Part shown: one piece after another, positions 36,594 through 49,647 of the stretch
How the letters are laid out: each line of letters opens with the position of its first letter
How positions within the stretch are numbered: position 1 is the stretch's first letter
Source of the DNA: Calcarisporiella thermophila CBS 279.70
Lineage: Eukaryota; Fungi; Calcarisporiellomycota
Direction of reading: 5' to 3'
DNA: 64,000 nt
NCBI RefSeq assembly: GCF_041956535.1
Contig: NW_027192233.1
Span: 1-64,000 of the forward strand
Translations under genes and position numbers: made by a program
Notes under the pieces: generated by a model
Told to the model about the DNA's origin: nothing
The model's input: only the letters and a program-made list of their open reading frames with translations
Database searches by the model: none

Positions 36594-37450
36594 ATGTCGC
36601 TATTGAACAAGGTAAGATCTTATTTTCATGCTAAAACTTCATGCTAAAACTATTTATGATTCCAATACCATTCAAACTCACACGCTTCCGCTCTCAAGTT
36701 GCCATATCATTCTTTTAGGTCACTTTCCAACTCTAGATTTTTCTCTGCCGCTACTCGCCCTCTTCGGGCCACAGTATCTGCAAAGGAGACAAAAGAGGCC
36801 GCTGAAAAAGTGGATGATATTCTATTAGGTAAATATGATGGTTTTATCCTCCTCATTATCATTTTAAAGGACTAATCCTTTCCATCTAAAATTTAGAACC
36901 CAAAAAAATCAAACCCACACATGGAATCGTCGTCTGCAATCTTCATTTCCGCTCTTATATCCCTCAATACCTCGATTTCTATGTAGATTTCGCGCGTCGT
37001 GCTGCACATGCACTTGGGATTCCATGTTCTGGTCCAGTTTTCTTACCAACTCAGATTTCTCGATGGACTGTTCCACGATCTCCATTCATTCATAAAAAAT
37101 CACAAGAAAATTTTGAGCGAAAGACACACAAGCGTCTATTACAACTGAAGGATGCAAATCGAGAGGTAGTAGAACGATGGCTACACTATGTTAAAGTGAA
37201 TGCACCTGGTGGAGTCGGAATGCGAGCAACTATGTTTGAATGGGAAGAACTTGGATTTGGCAAAAGGATTTTGGAAGAAATGAAACAGCAGCAACATCAA
37301 ATGCAGAGTGGGCTGGAAGAAATTGAAATGGGCGCAAGCAGCGAGGTTCAAGGGGGTGTGAAAGGTCTAGCAGATAAGCTGGTAAAGCAAATGATAGCTG
37401 ATGAAAAGGAACCATTAGTAGAGGAAAAGAGTAAAGGGGCTGAATCATAG
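36594..37450 (+). CDS. RSM10: Mitochondrial ribosomal protein uS10m (3 exons)
   Basis: Arg/Ser-rich presequence; SGPVFLPTQISRWTVPRSPFIHKKSQENFERKTHKRLLQLKDAN. Confidence 0.92.
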
Positions 37451-37832
37451 ATGATTTTTATGTATAATTTTCGATCTTTTTACTACGTTATAAATTCTTT
37501 TTTTCATTTAGACATTGGGTGGAGGAAATCTTTTGAAATAAATGTAAAATAATAGCTGGAAGATTACAACATAAATTTTGCAAATGACAATCAAGCTCAA
37601 GGATACTATTATTGCTTAAATAATAACTGCAAATTGAACCGAGAATTGGCAAACATTTTCTCACTTGGTGTAAATGAAGTTTTCTGACACAATTTATTTT
37701 ATAAAATAGCATTGAAAGATGTATATTTATAATAAAAGGGTTTTACAAAATAGCCAAAGAAAGAGGAGGGATATATTATATACATAAAAAGACTAGCAAA
37801 TAGTAAATTGTTATCTGGAGAAGAAAAATTGT

Positions 37833-38449
37833 CTATGCTTTCCCTTTTCCTTTGTCCTTTCTTGTAATGGAAGCCTCTTCTTCTTCAAGCATATCTTCTT
37901 GAAAATCATTGATCAGTTCTGGCATTACAACTTGCACTTCCTCCCATTTTGCTAACAATTAATCTGTATGCATTAGTTTTCTATAACAAAAATTTTGTTA
38001 ATTAATACACTTACTCTTGCTAGAATCGAAGAAAGTCATGTATAAAATTTGTTCATCCTGCAAACCTAGTTGTTCCACTGTCTGTGAGTCTTCTAAAATC
38101 GTAAAACTTGTAGGTGGGGGGCCGGAAAATGAACCGTTGCCTCCTGTTCCTTTGTATAGACGGATACCGTCGGCATCATTGGGAATGGGTTTTTCATCTG
38201 TAGATGCATCAGTAATTGTGGCATTATTCGAGGGGCGTGAAAGAGATAGACAGCGCAAGATCTTCGATTTTATATCACGGATACTAGAGTTACGCGAAGC
38301 TTCGATGAAAAGTGTGCTCTTATCATGACGGACAAGAAAGCAATAGTCATGAGGCTTTGACTAATGATCAAAAAATTATATTTGAGCCAATTGCCTAAGA
38401 AAACTACTAGAAGTTGAGACAAGTAATAGATAGAAAATGTCATTACCAT
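37833..38449 (-). CDS. Ubiquitin-like (Elongin-B-like) protein, 3 exons, first coding exon is the ATG only
   Basis: FLVRHDKSTLFIEASRNSSIRDIKSKI...IRLYK...LEDSQTVEQLGLQDEQILYM, with acidic tail ending KDKGKGKA*. Confidence 0.7.
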
Positions 38450-38669
38450 CGTCGCGTAACGAAATGCAACTGAGTATTGGAGTTTAGAAAATTACTGGCG
38501 CTCTTTGCCTTGACACGCTCTGAAAATTATATCCGATTCATGCGTAAACAAAATTTTGATGATGTTTCGTTTAACGTCACCAATTCAGGGGGTGGTTAGG
38601 ATTTCTCTGCAAACCTCGAGATCTACTTTCAACATCTAGTTCCTCCAACATAATTCTTCGTTTTTCAAA

Positions 38670-39324
38670 ATGGCCACGCATAGAGAAGCTGTTATTGTAG
38701 ATACAAAGTTTGTGGATCCCGCACCTATGCCCGATGGTGTTCCAAAAGTCAGTGAAGTTGGAGCAACATCCGCACCGCTCAAATCCGCTGCCTTTTTTAT
38801 CGGTCAATATTGCAAAGATTATAATGAGGATTTCATGCTATGTAAGAATGAAAATGCGGACCCAGCACACTGTCTAAAGGAGGGCAGAAAGGTGACTCGC
38901 TGCGCAATGGATCTGTAAGTTTTCAACATTCTCTAAATTTTTTTTTCCCTTGTTTTATTTTTTTTTTCCACTACTCTCATCAATCATATATTTTCCATTC
39001 AATATCATTTTAACCATACTTTATTACAAAATGCAGGTTACGTAAATTGCGTGAAAACTGCGATAAGGAATTTGAGCAACATTGGCAGTGTCTCGATAAA
39101 AATAATCAGGAGTATACCTTCTGCCGCAAGGAGGAAAACAAGTTTAATAGCTGTGTGTTCAAGAGCCTTGTAAGTATATATATGTCATATATCTTTACTT
39201 AGATACGAATATATATGTACCAATGCTTTTCTTTAAATTCTCATTTTAGGGTCTCGAGAAAGTTATTCCTGGAGCAACTACACAAGTGCATCTAAATGAG
39301 AAACCGCTGCATGCTAAACGTTAG
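38670..39324 (+). CDS. NDUFA8: Complex I accessory subunit NDUFA8 (3 exons)
   Basis: EVGATSAPLKSAAFFIG, with four CX9C-type pairs (CKDYNEDFMLC, CLKEGRKVTRC, CDKEFEQHWQC, CRKEENKFNSC). Confidence 0.95.
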
Positions 39325-39519
39325 AACCTGTGTTGTGTTAATAGATTCTTGTTCTTCTTCCTTTTTTTTCTTTTCTTATTATAAACTGTCTTTTCTATAT
39401 ATTTTCGAAAATATTTTGAGCACCAAGGCCAAATACGCGCTTTTGAAATTTAGAGAAATTGTGACCGCATCCAATATGACTGCTGTAAGAACTTGCTCTT
39501 TTCCTTCGAATTTTAAAAA

Positions 39520-40624
39520 ATGGAGAAGTTGGAGACCACAGTTGAATCTTCTGAATTACGACACCGAGCAAAGGACAGCCTCAAAAGTTTGGATAATGAA
39601 CAAGAGAATGCTAATTTAGGAGTAAATGAGCCATCATCACTAAATGAGAAAACTCCTGGCACGAACCAAAATGGAGAAAGCGCTGAGGAAATAAGAGGAG
39701 GAGAAAACACTAGATCAGGGCGGGATGACCGCATCTGTAGAATATGTCTTGCTGGCGTGGAAGAGGAAGAAGAATTAGGCCGATTATTTAGTCCATGCCT
39801 TTGCAATGGAACGATGTAAGCGAAAGATTCTCACCATCACCCCCTTACATTTCATAAGCAACGCGAAATTGATGTCTTGCCATTTTCTGATTCTTCTCTG
39901 AAAACAATTAAACTAGGAAATATGTACACGTCAATTGTTTGAATCGCTGGCGAGTCTCAAGTCGCAAGAGCTCCTCATATTTTCAATGCGATAGCTGCAA
40001 ATTCAAATACCGCTATAACCGAACTACATATGCAAAGATATTTTCTAGTGAGAGTATGTGCTATTTCGCCATTCACCCTCCTTTCAACCTCTTTTTTATT
40101 TTCTGCCTCCTTTTTATATTTATTTTTTTTTATTAACGATTCTCTTCTTATCTTGACTAGTTTCTCTAACTTTTATCACTCTATTGGTGTTCCTGATCTA
40201 CGCCTTCCTTGCTGGATTCCTCATGAAAATCATACTTCATTTTATCGATACTCCAGAAGCACCCCCCTCCTCACCGGCAAATCAAATCCTGCCCTACTAT
40301 GAACCCCTCACTTGGCGTGAAGTTTTCACCGTTGATGGTGCCCACATGCTTCTCGGGTTACTCTTTGTAGGCTTCATCGGATTTCTCCAAATCTTACTCT
40401 CACTTGTCTGGCTCGGTCCATTCCAAGGATGGGGAGGGCTTCGGGTAATCCGGGTTGGAGGTGGAGGGAATCGGGACGAAGGTCGATTGAATGGTGCTGT
40501 TTTAACTATACTTGTAGTAATTGGGGGGCTAAGAGCCATCTATGGAATATGGATGGGGGTAAGACGTTTGAACCGGAGACTCCTGAATTCGGTGGAAATG
40601 GCAATTCTAGATGTAAACCAGTAG
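39520..40624 (+). CDS. RING-CH (RINGv/MARCH-type) membrane E3 ubiquitin ligase (3 exons)
   Basis: CRIC...SPCLCNGTMKYVHVNCLNRW...CDSC (C4HC3), followed by about 3 hydrophobic segments. Confidence 0.9.
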
Positions 40625-40869
40625 TGACCAGCTACTGTATTCAATGAAATTTCCTCCGTTGTGAATAATTTGCCACGCTTCTTTAATTTGATCCCATATT
40701 CAACAATGATTCTCCAATACATTTAGAGTATTCTAACAAAAAACTTACGCTATTTTCCAAAGCCAAAATTGAGCGCTGTTTCCTGTTAGATCAATGTTTT
40801 TCTTTCATTCTCGATAAATCATTCTTATTAGGGGTAAAGCTTGATATATTATCCACCGAGGTGAATATA

Positions 40870-43800
40870 CTAAGATACTGGTAACAATTCGCCCACCAAC
40901 ACTCGCTCATATTCCTCCATGACTCGTTGCAATCTTATCAACACTGAAGCACATACCTCTCTAACTCTCTCTTCTCGAGTCGTTTCAAGCGCTTCTAGTG
41001 CCCAATCTTTACACTCTACGACTTCTTTTCCAAAAGAATTAACTAGAGTTTGCGAGGACAGCGTGTTGATGGTGACAAGAATCCCAAAAAATAGGGCAGC
41101 CAAGCTTCCAACATGTCGAACATGGCGTAGAGAAAGAGCAAAATCAATATATTCACGGCACATTTGATTGATATGAGGCGTATTCGCTAAATAATATTAT
41201 AACAATTGTCTGCTTAGATCATTATATATTCAAAAAGAAAGTAACTACGACATACTCGAACAATGCAAAAGTATTCCAAGGGCAGTGATGAATCTCTCTA
41301 GGAGAACTGGTTCCTGCATAGGATGATAGCCCATCGCCCTATTCAGCCATGTGAATAATTATCAATAATCTGGAATAGCCTTAGCAGATCATACACAGAG
41401 CAGCACATACCCTGTACACATTTTCTGCCACCACCCTGCTAATAGAGGGAAAAAAAATGTTCTTGCATATTTTGCGAAACGGTTTTTTTGGGCGGTATTC
41501 AACGGACGCTGAGCGTGGAAGCGACGCGTCTTTCCACCACGCAGCTCTGAGACTTCATGGAGCGAGTCAGCCAAAGGATTACGTTGTGATTGAAGTGTGA
41601 GATCCTGAATTTGACTAGCGAGATAGTCAATAGTTTGTGGAGGCTTAGAGCGGTCAAACGATTTGGTCCTGCTCGAAAGATGCTTAAAACAATAGTGATG
41701 AGGTTAGTAGAGAAACAACCAAATTCAGAATTGAATGGTTGAGTGAATACCGAATCCACTCCAGCAAGTTCTTTGGCTCCAGCAACTAATCCTGATAAAA
41801 TTACAAAGCGTTGTCCAAGGGAATATTCTTTTGCAAAAAATTGCTCCACGATATACGGAACTGCGATCTCTGGTGCGCTTACTATGAGAGCGATCAAGGC
41901 TGCCTGTCTACATGAACTAAACTCCTCGAAATCATAATTGTCCTGTAACCCAATTATACAACGAGCAAGTTCAACAGCCAACTCTCCTAGAAAAGATCGT
42001 AGAAAAATAGAGCGTTAGATCGTATTTTCTATTCAAAACATTAATTCATAGTACCTAGCTCTGTTCCGACTCCAGCTTTCTGTCGAATCAACCCCTCGGC
42101 CTCTCGAAGCCCTAGTTCAAGTCGGTCTGGATCTTCGTGTGCACGCAAGTAAACAAGCAGCTCCCCAATGTATACCGGCTTCTTGATGCGCTTGGCTTTT
42201 GGCTTTCCTCGCTGACTCTCCTTCACGTCTTCATCCTCATCTTCCATAGGATACGGAACTAAACTGTCTTCCGAGGTAGCATCACTAAAGGCTTCATCGT
42301 CTCCGTTGTCCTCTATATAAATATTAATATATAACTTGAAATTCTATTTGGCTTATAATTAGAGATTTTACCATTTGCATAATGGAGTTCCACGATTGAA
42401 TCTGGATCATCTTCCAATTCCTCGATATTTTCCTGGGAAGCTAAATCTTTATCAGCGATACCTGTATGTACTGTATCAACGACCCCCTCAATGTTATCCT
42501 CCGCTACCTCCTGGAATTCTTCTCTCTCGTCAACAGAAACAATCCCATCTTGTGCATTCACCAACTCAGCAAGAGCAACCATATCTTCGTCTGACCAATC
42601 CAATCCAAAATCAAGCGCTGTACCATTTGGATTGCTTTTTTTCGATATAATTTCGGCCGTCATCTGCAATTAAAAGAGCCGAATATTTAAAATAATTTTC
42701 GTCACGAGGTTCACAAAAGATAAAAGTTACCATTCCCAATTTTCGTATATCCTCCGCAGTACTGTCCAAATAAAAAGTCATTCCTCTTAGCATAGGGCCA
42801 TTTTGAAATATCGAGGCAAGCTGGGTCTGAGACAGATATCCGGTCACGAGAAGAAGAGCTCCAGTGAGGTATTTTTGTTGCTCGAGCGATGCGTGCCCTA
42901 TAAATACAGGATCAATCCATGCCTCGGCTATCAACTTGGCATCTTCTAATAGCCCATTATTCTCAGCTGATGAAATAAAAATTACTTTGAGAATGTGACT
43001 TTAATCCAATTCTGCTATAGTATTACCTTCCTCCATCGGAAAATCACTTAGCAAACAAGTTGCAATTCTTAGCGACCCAAATCCGTATACCTGCCCACCA
43101 AGAATGATTCTTCGTATTATTATACTCCTTAATATAACTTCATCTCCCGTCATGCTTGGCTTTTTTGCAAATGGCCCTATCCAGGAACGCAGCCATCTAG
43201 CAATTTTTCTAATTTCCCGTTTCGATCTCTGAGTCGGAGAGATATATTTGTTTGACGGGTACAAATCCGATAAATGAGAAAAAAGTGCAGTTATAAAGCG
43301 TTCAAGAGAAGATTGGCTGAGATTGTCAAAAACTAGTTTCCATGCTTGCATGTATAAGATAGGCTCAGAGGCGGAGGTGAGAAAACGAGAACGGACGCGA
43401 GAATAAAAACTTTCGATAGCCGGCTCTTCAGGTCAAATAATTGAATAATATAAAATAAATAAAAATGAAGAAGATGCAACCAATTGCCTAATAATATCAC
43501 TTACGTGTGCATCCCAATCGACATAGCTTTTCAAGGAAATTGCTAGCTGCATATGCTAAAGTGTCTATTGAAGCTTCAAAAAATTACGACCATGATAGAT
43601 ATTGTAAGTGACCATGAAAATGAACTCCAAATAACACAATATGGCATATTTACTGAATTGAGGAGAAGAGTTGTGAGCATCCCATATCATGACTTCGAAC
43701 CGTTCTGAAAGATACTTAAAATATAGTCTAATGTCGAATTAGCATATACTACATCCAATCATAATTATTCGCAATATCTATAAAAACATACTTGTCATAA

Positions 43801-44559
43801 AAGAAATCCGCATCATCAGCCAATTCCTCTCCCGGTCGCATCTCCATTATGACTAAATAATTAGCAATCCTAGTTGGCACAGAACACAGCAAGTCTACCA
43901 CTTCTCTCCAATCCTTCTTTTCCCCTAAGCTCTCCTCGTTATCGAAAAATATCGCTTGGAAAAAATCTTCCATATTAAAGCAAGTGAGCAGCCGCCGAAG
44001 AATACGTACTACTGTTTTCACCAGATATGAATGCAAAGGTGCATCACCGGCGCGCAAGTTTGCGACTAGCACCTTAAAAGACACCATAGCCATTTTTCTT
44101 ACGTTTACTTTTTGTGTGTTTTCACTGACAAAAGGAACAAAACATCCTTCAAAACACTGTGTCTGAACGATGGATAATGAAGTGATGAACTCGATTGGTA
44201 GCTGAAGAAGATGTTGGAGAGGGCGAGTCCATAACGAAGTGATCGAATGCAAACTTAAAGGAGGAGAGAGAGCGCGTAGAATAATAGAATAATCGTGCCC
44301 AATTTTAAGTATTTCAGCTGGAGATATTGAACTGGACAAGATGTTTTTAATAGTGCTCCGAAGGAGGTCCTCAATGACCTTACAAATCAAATGTCAGTAG
44401 ATCAAAGTAACAGTCTACTATTTAGCCTTTTATCACCTTGTTTCTTGTAATTTGCCCATGTTTCTGAGCCATTTCTCTCAGATCCGCTAATGTTCTCGAG
44501 TTTTCTTCTACATTTCTAGCGGAGCTAGGCGGCCTGGGTTGCCTTTCATGCAACTCCAT
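40870..44559 (-). CDS. TEL2: Telomere length regulation protein Tel2 (TTT complex), multi-exon
   Basis: YLDSTAEDIRKLGM, acidic central loop, KKPVYIGELLVYLR...AEGLIRQK...EL, GLQDNYDFEEF, YSLGQRFVIL, GKTRRF, NRFAKYA..FFFPL. Confidence 0.92.
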
Positions 44560-44687
44560 ACTTGTAGGCTGTAGCCTTTGCAATGCGTTTACGAGAAGTA
44601 TTAAATGAATTACAATGATTTAAAACTGCGTGACTGGCATTTTCGATCCCTAACCTCCTTCTCTCCCGCTCTCCACATTGCCGCCCG

Positions 44688-45522
44688 ATGCATTTACTAT
44701 CCCTCATTTTGGCCCTTTTCTTTTCACTGATCTCTGTGAGGGCAAATACGGCGATAAGAAGATTTCACGTATCATATGACGATCCCATCTCGCGCTTACC
44801 AGATGGAATAACAGAGGATTTGTTTACCGAAATGTAAAAGATATTCCAATAATCTTCTTAGCTGGCTACTAACTATTTTATCTTTTTCTTGTTAATGTTA
44901 GCAAGGTGCTCAAAGCACCATATGAGTTTGTCACTCGTGAGTTCATTACACCTGGTGGCGAACAGTGGTATAAAATCGCTGGCCTAAAAACAGGTGACAA
45001 TTATGAACTGAGAATATCATACCCGTCTACGGTAATTATGGATTGGAGAGTTTTCAATTGTCTAGTCTGAATTCATGACAGTTATGTTAGCATCCCACGG
45101 GATTCTCGCTAGATCTATTTTCAGGAAATGATGGTAGAATGGTATGATATTCTTTTACTTTGATATAATTTTTCCTCTCCCCTTCCCCTAGTATTCAATT
45201 TATATTATTTGTTTAAAATCACAGAGCAAGTGGTTACGAGTTCGCGCTGAATATGAAGGATATTCGCACTTGCCTAATCGCGAAAGTATCCCTGTTCCTT
45301 TTAACATTGGTATTTTTTTTTGTCGGCACTTAGTTTATATATATTAGTTAACATTTGATAATGGTAGTTTTAGAAAGACTCGTTTACGGGCTCTCCATCC
45401 AGGCCTATAAGTTGGCATTGACCATTCTTTTAACAATTCTTGCCGGAATATATTTCGTGGTCCCCGCTGTGAAGCGACAACTGGAGAAGGTGGAGAAAGA
45501 GGAGGATGAAAAAGAAAAATAA
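44688..45522 (+). CDS. Type-I membrane protein, Pga1-like (GPI-mannosyltransferase II co-activator family), 5 exons
   Basis: Signal peptide ending VRA-NT; YELRISYPSTHPTGFSL, VPFNIVLE, C-terminal TM and K/E tail. All junctions are GT-AG. The gene is secure; the family call is tentative. Absent from the ORF track. Confidence 0.65.
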
Positions 45523-45663
45523 AGTGTCGCTTTGTTTAATTTGTAATTAAATAAATAGATATTATCCCACCAGCGTTATCAAAGCAAAGTGTATAACTTT
45601 TTAACAAGGAAATATGCAGATGGACTTGTGCAATACCGAGATAAAAAACCATCAGAAACCATC

Positions 45664-47171
45664 CTATGTTCGCCGCCGCTTGAATGGCATTCGGCGATGC
45701 TCTTTCGCCGCATTCCGTTTCCTGCGCTTTTCAATTGCCTTCTCGATGGCCTTGGGATCCTTCTTGAGTTCGTTGAAGCGCTCAACCAACTCGAGTTTCT
45801 TTTCATCCGCTATAAATAGTGGGGAGGATTAGTGATCAGCCGTCTAATCTCTCCACCAAAATGGCCGAAAACACTCACATTTCTTCAAGAAGTATGGCTT
45901 CTTGCCCTCGGAAATCAACTTCATTTCGGCCTTCTTACGCGCTCGCTTCAATTCCTTCAAATGTTTTTCTCTCTTCAGAGCTGCTTCTTTCGATTCCTAG
46001 AGTGTAGAAAATAGGAGCCAATATCAACTATATATTCCTTGTTTATAAAAAAAAATAAACCAAGGCTGTACCAATCGCTTCAGCTCTCCTAGTAGTCTCT
46101 CTTTCTCTAATGGGTTTTTTGTTTTCTTCAACTTCTCTTTTAGCTGGCTAAGCTCAGATTGTTTGTAATCCGCAATAAAACTGTATGACTTTTCAAACAG
46201 ATCCTGATTGAGTTTGCCAGAAAGTTGATCGAAGCGTGGATCGCGTCGTTTCTATCGAAAATTAAAGGAAATTAAAAAAATAAGTGAAAATTGTTGAAAA
46301 AAACAAAAACAAAACTTACCGTAGCTTCTATCGGCACCACTTCACGGAATCTACTTACTGGCCTCTTGATAGAAATTTCCATAGGCCTATCAGATATATT
46401 AGTATTTAAATCCAGAAAGACTGGAACTACAATATAAAGATTGGAAAAGATATTTACGCATTCTTATGCTTTCGCTTCTCGATTTCCGCTTGCTTTCTGG
46501 TATTTTTGGCAACTTTTTTCTCCTTCTTCTTTTCTTTAGGTCGGCTCTCTTCTTCGTCTGTGTCCTCTTCTGAGTCATGCGTAGCTTGTTTGCGGAAATT
46601 CTTATGGAATGCCTTCATTCCAACTTTCTCCTGAATTTCGGCGAGCTTTTCAAAAGGAATGTTAGCTAGACTTTGTTCTATCCGTTCCTATAGAAGTGAA
46701 ATTCAAGGGTGATTAGCTAGAATATTTAGTGAGAACATTTCGATAGAATGAGTACAATTTCATCGTCTACTCTAGATTCGTCAGAATCCGTATCATCGTC
46801 TGATCTATCATCAGAATCTGATTGCGAATCTTCACTCACTTCTTCCTCTTCCTCCTCCCCTTCCTCTTCCTCTTCCTCTTCTAATCCATCATCGCCAGAT
46901 TCTGCATGTTCTCCATCATAATTTTGTACTTCATTATCTGTCCCTGATTCTTCACCTTCGCTAGCTTGATCGAAAGCCATCATTCTTCGCTCCGCTCGTA
47001 ACCGATCTTCATCCTAAAATGCATCATCAAGTTAATGAGATTAGGATTATTTGATATATAAACCACCAAAATAATGTAGCCTACAATACGTAAATTATTT
47101 GTCCTCGAGTTACTCCTCCTCCTGCTATTACTTGCAATTGTGTTCATATCTTTCTGTTTTGGTTTGGGCAT
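45664..47171 (-). CDS. RRP36: rRNA biogenesis protein Rrp36, multi-exon
   Basis: Acidic N-region, IPFEKL, KHKNAPMEISIKRPVSRFREVV, RRDPRF..LSG, FEKSYSF, KPYFLK, KRRKRNAAKEHRRMP. Confidence 0.93.
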
Positions 47172-49647
47172 TTTGATAACTCTTTTCAGTATACTGCCTA
47201 TGTGTCAAATTCAAGCTTTAATCATTAGCGGCTTAGTTTATTTACCTCGGGACTGCTTTTTCATTAATCTTTTAGAGAACAGACGGAATATTAAACAAAA
47301 TGTAGGATCTACATTTTGTTTTATATTCCGTCCTATCACTCTCAACCGTAATTATTCCAAGCCCATCCTCGACCTCTGAATAAATATAATTTTACATATA
47401 TATTAATAGTGTAGGGTGGAGGTTGCAATAGCTATATAAGCTGTAAGTGACAAATCTCTAAACGATTTTGACGCCAAATGATAAAAGAGTACAACTGATG
47501 TTTCTTGCTCGCCGCCGAGGAAAATAAACTGAACCATCGAGGTGAAAAGATCGAAAGGAAGAAGAACTAGTAAACTATTGCAACTATCATTTCACCCGAT
47601 ATCAAAGCGATTTGCAAATTTGCAAATGATTTCCTATCGATTTTCAATTGCATGGGCTTGTGAACATATAATAGCTATTCATACTTTGACGGATTTTCGT
47701 CAGTATTCTATCAACTCCTTTAGAGATAGGCAATTTTTTCAGTTAAACAGTCCCTAATAGTTGGATATTTCACTTGTACTCAAACCACAAAGTAAATTAA
47801 AACCTCTTCATTGATCTCGATTTATCGTCATTGGCGCCATCCTCGAGCTCTTCACTTGCCTTGTGCGTGCCTCACAGACCATTTCTGTAGACATCCATTC
47901 TCATATCTCATCAGAAACTGATGAGTGGATTGATTACACAATGCGTTGGCCAATCTTGGGCATAAGGCGAAGAGATAAGATGATAGGCGGTATAATATGA
48001 TTTTTTCATCATGTAAAGTCTTTTTCACTACCTTAAGGAAAATAAAAAAAATAGTGACCTCACCCATCAGTGCGATTAGAGTTAACTTTATTTATCAAGA
48101 AGAAAAAAAAGAAATTCTCTTTGGCAACCAAGCTGGGTCTTGCTCAAAATTTCCTGTAAGAAACCCATCAGGATGATTACAACACCTGAAATGACGAGGT
48201 CTAGAAACAGGTTTATTGTGCTCCAGTTGTGGATAAGGCAGTGACCATGCGCGTGTACATATCGTGTGCTAGGTGCATATGGAAGTCAGAGGCGGCTAGT
48301 TTCACGGTCCAAAATGTAGACCAGCCTGCCAAATGGCTCAATGAACATGGATACTATTTTTAAAGGTTTCAGTTTTGCAATGTGGTGCATGGGGGATGCA
48401 AATATAAGCTCATTATGCACAAAGTGATTCAAACGGCAAAATTTGGACCTGTTCTCTTGCCTCGTATTTGAAAACAAATGCCATGGCATGTTTCGAGTGC
48501 AAACCATAAAGTTTTTCAGCCCATGTTTGGATATCGACAAGTGATGCTTTGCTTGTACAATCAAGCGCAGACAGTGCCTCTGCTCGTTTCTAAAACAACC
48601 ATAAGGAGGCGAGGGAGGAGAAAGAGATGACAAATTGGCGCCATACTAGCCCAGCGGAGCTCGTCGTTGTCTCATCTTTTCGTTATCTTTCCCAAGCGAT
48701 TTTGCAATGGCCCTTTCGCAACAAGCCGATTCTGTGGTGCAATGAGTCTCTGCGCCACTGAGCCGCTTCAAGGATATTGCGGGCTGTCCTTGGGAAATGG
48801 CATTATTTTTGGGGACTGGAACCACCACTAAGATCCGCTCATGCTAATAGGGCCACTCGGCCAATCAGGGGCTTCGAGGCCCGAACAAGCTTGGTCTGAG
48901 CCTGGGGGATTGATTGCACAGTCCCAACACCTACTCTTGTCTCCAAAGGGATAAGAGGACGGGGTCCGGACCAAATAGAAACAACCGAGCGAGAGGTCAC
49001 GCGACTTTCGACGAATATTTCGCAAGTGTCAAAAAATCTCAACCCCTATTATTATTCGACGCTTTTGCACTCGCAAGCTTCTTCTTTCTCGTTCGTCATT
49101 TTCTCGCACTTCGGCATATTGTTAGAAAACACTCGCCATCTCGCTGCAATCGCTCTCCCCTCTATTTCAAGCTGTTAATTAATCTCCACATTTCCTCTCG
49201 TCGCCCATCACCTTCTTTTTTTTTTCGCCCCCTCCTCCTCTTGCCCTTGGCTAATTGCGCCTTTTAGTCATGTCCTTCTAAAGAAGATCGAATCTTCTTT
49301 GGATCATTCTCCATTTCCTCAATGTGCTTCCCGCATTCCACTTATCATCACTTTTAATTCTGACCATAAGCCGTTAACCATCTATTCTCTTATACAATCT
49401 CTTTTTCCCCCTTTGATTCTGTATTATAACCTAGTTTAATAGTTTGTCTATTGCCTTTCTACGGATCTTGATCCCCCCTTTCTCTCTCTTTATCTATAAG
49501 CTCTTGCTAGGAGTTGCAAGTGTTGGGAGGGCGAACGCGCTAGTGCGGTGCGAGTAGTGGTTTTATAATCTTGTATCCTATAGTTATATTTTGTGTCGTA
49601 TTCAACCTATCCTGTATTTCTACCGCTTCCCACCGTTCTTGGCCACC

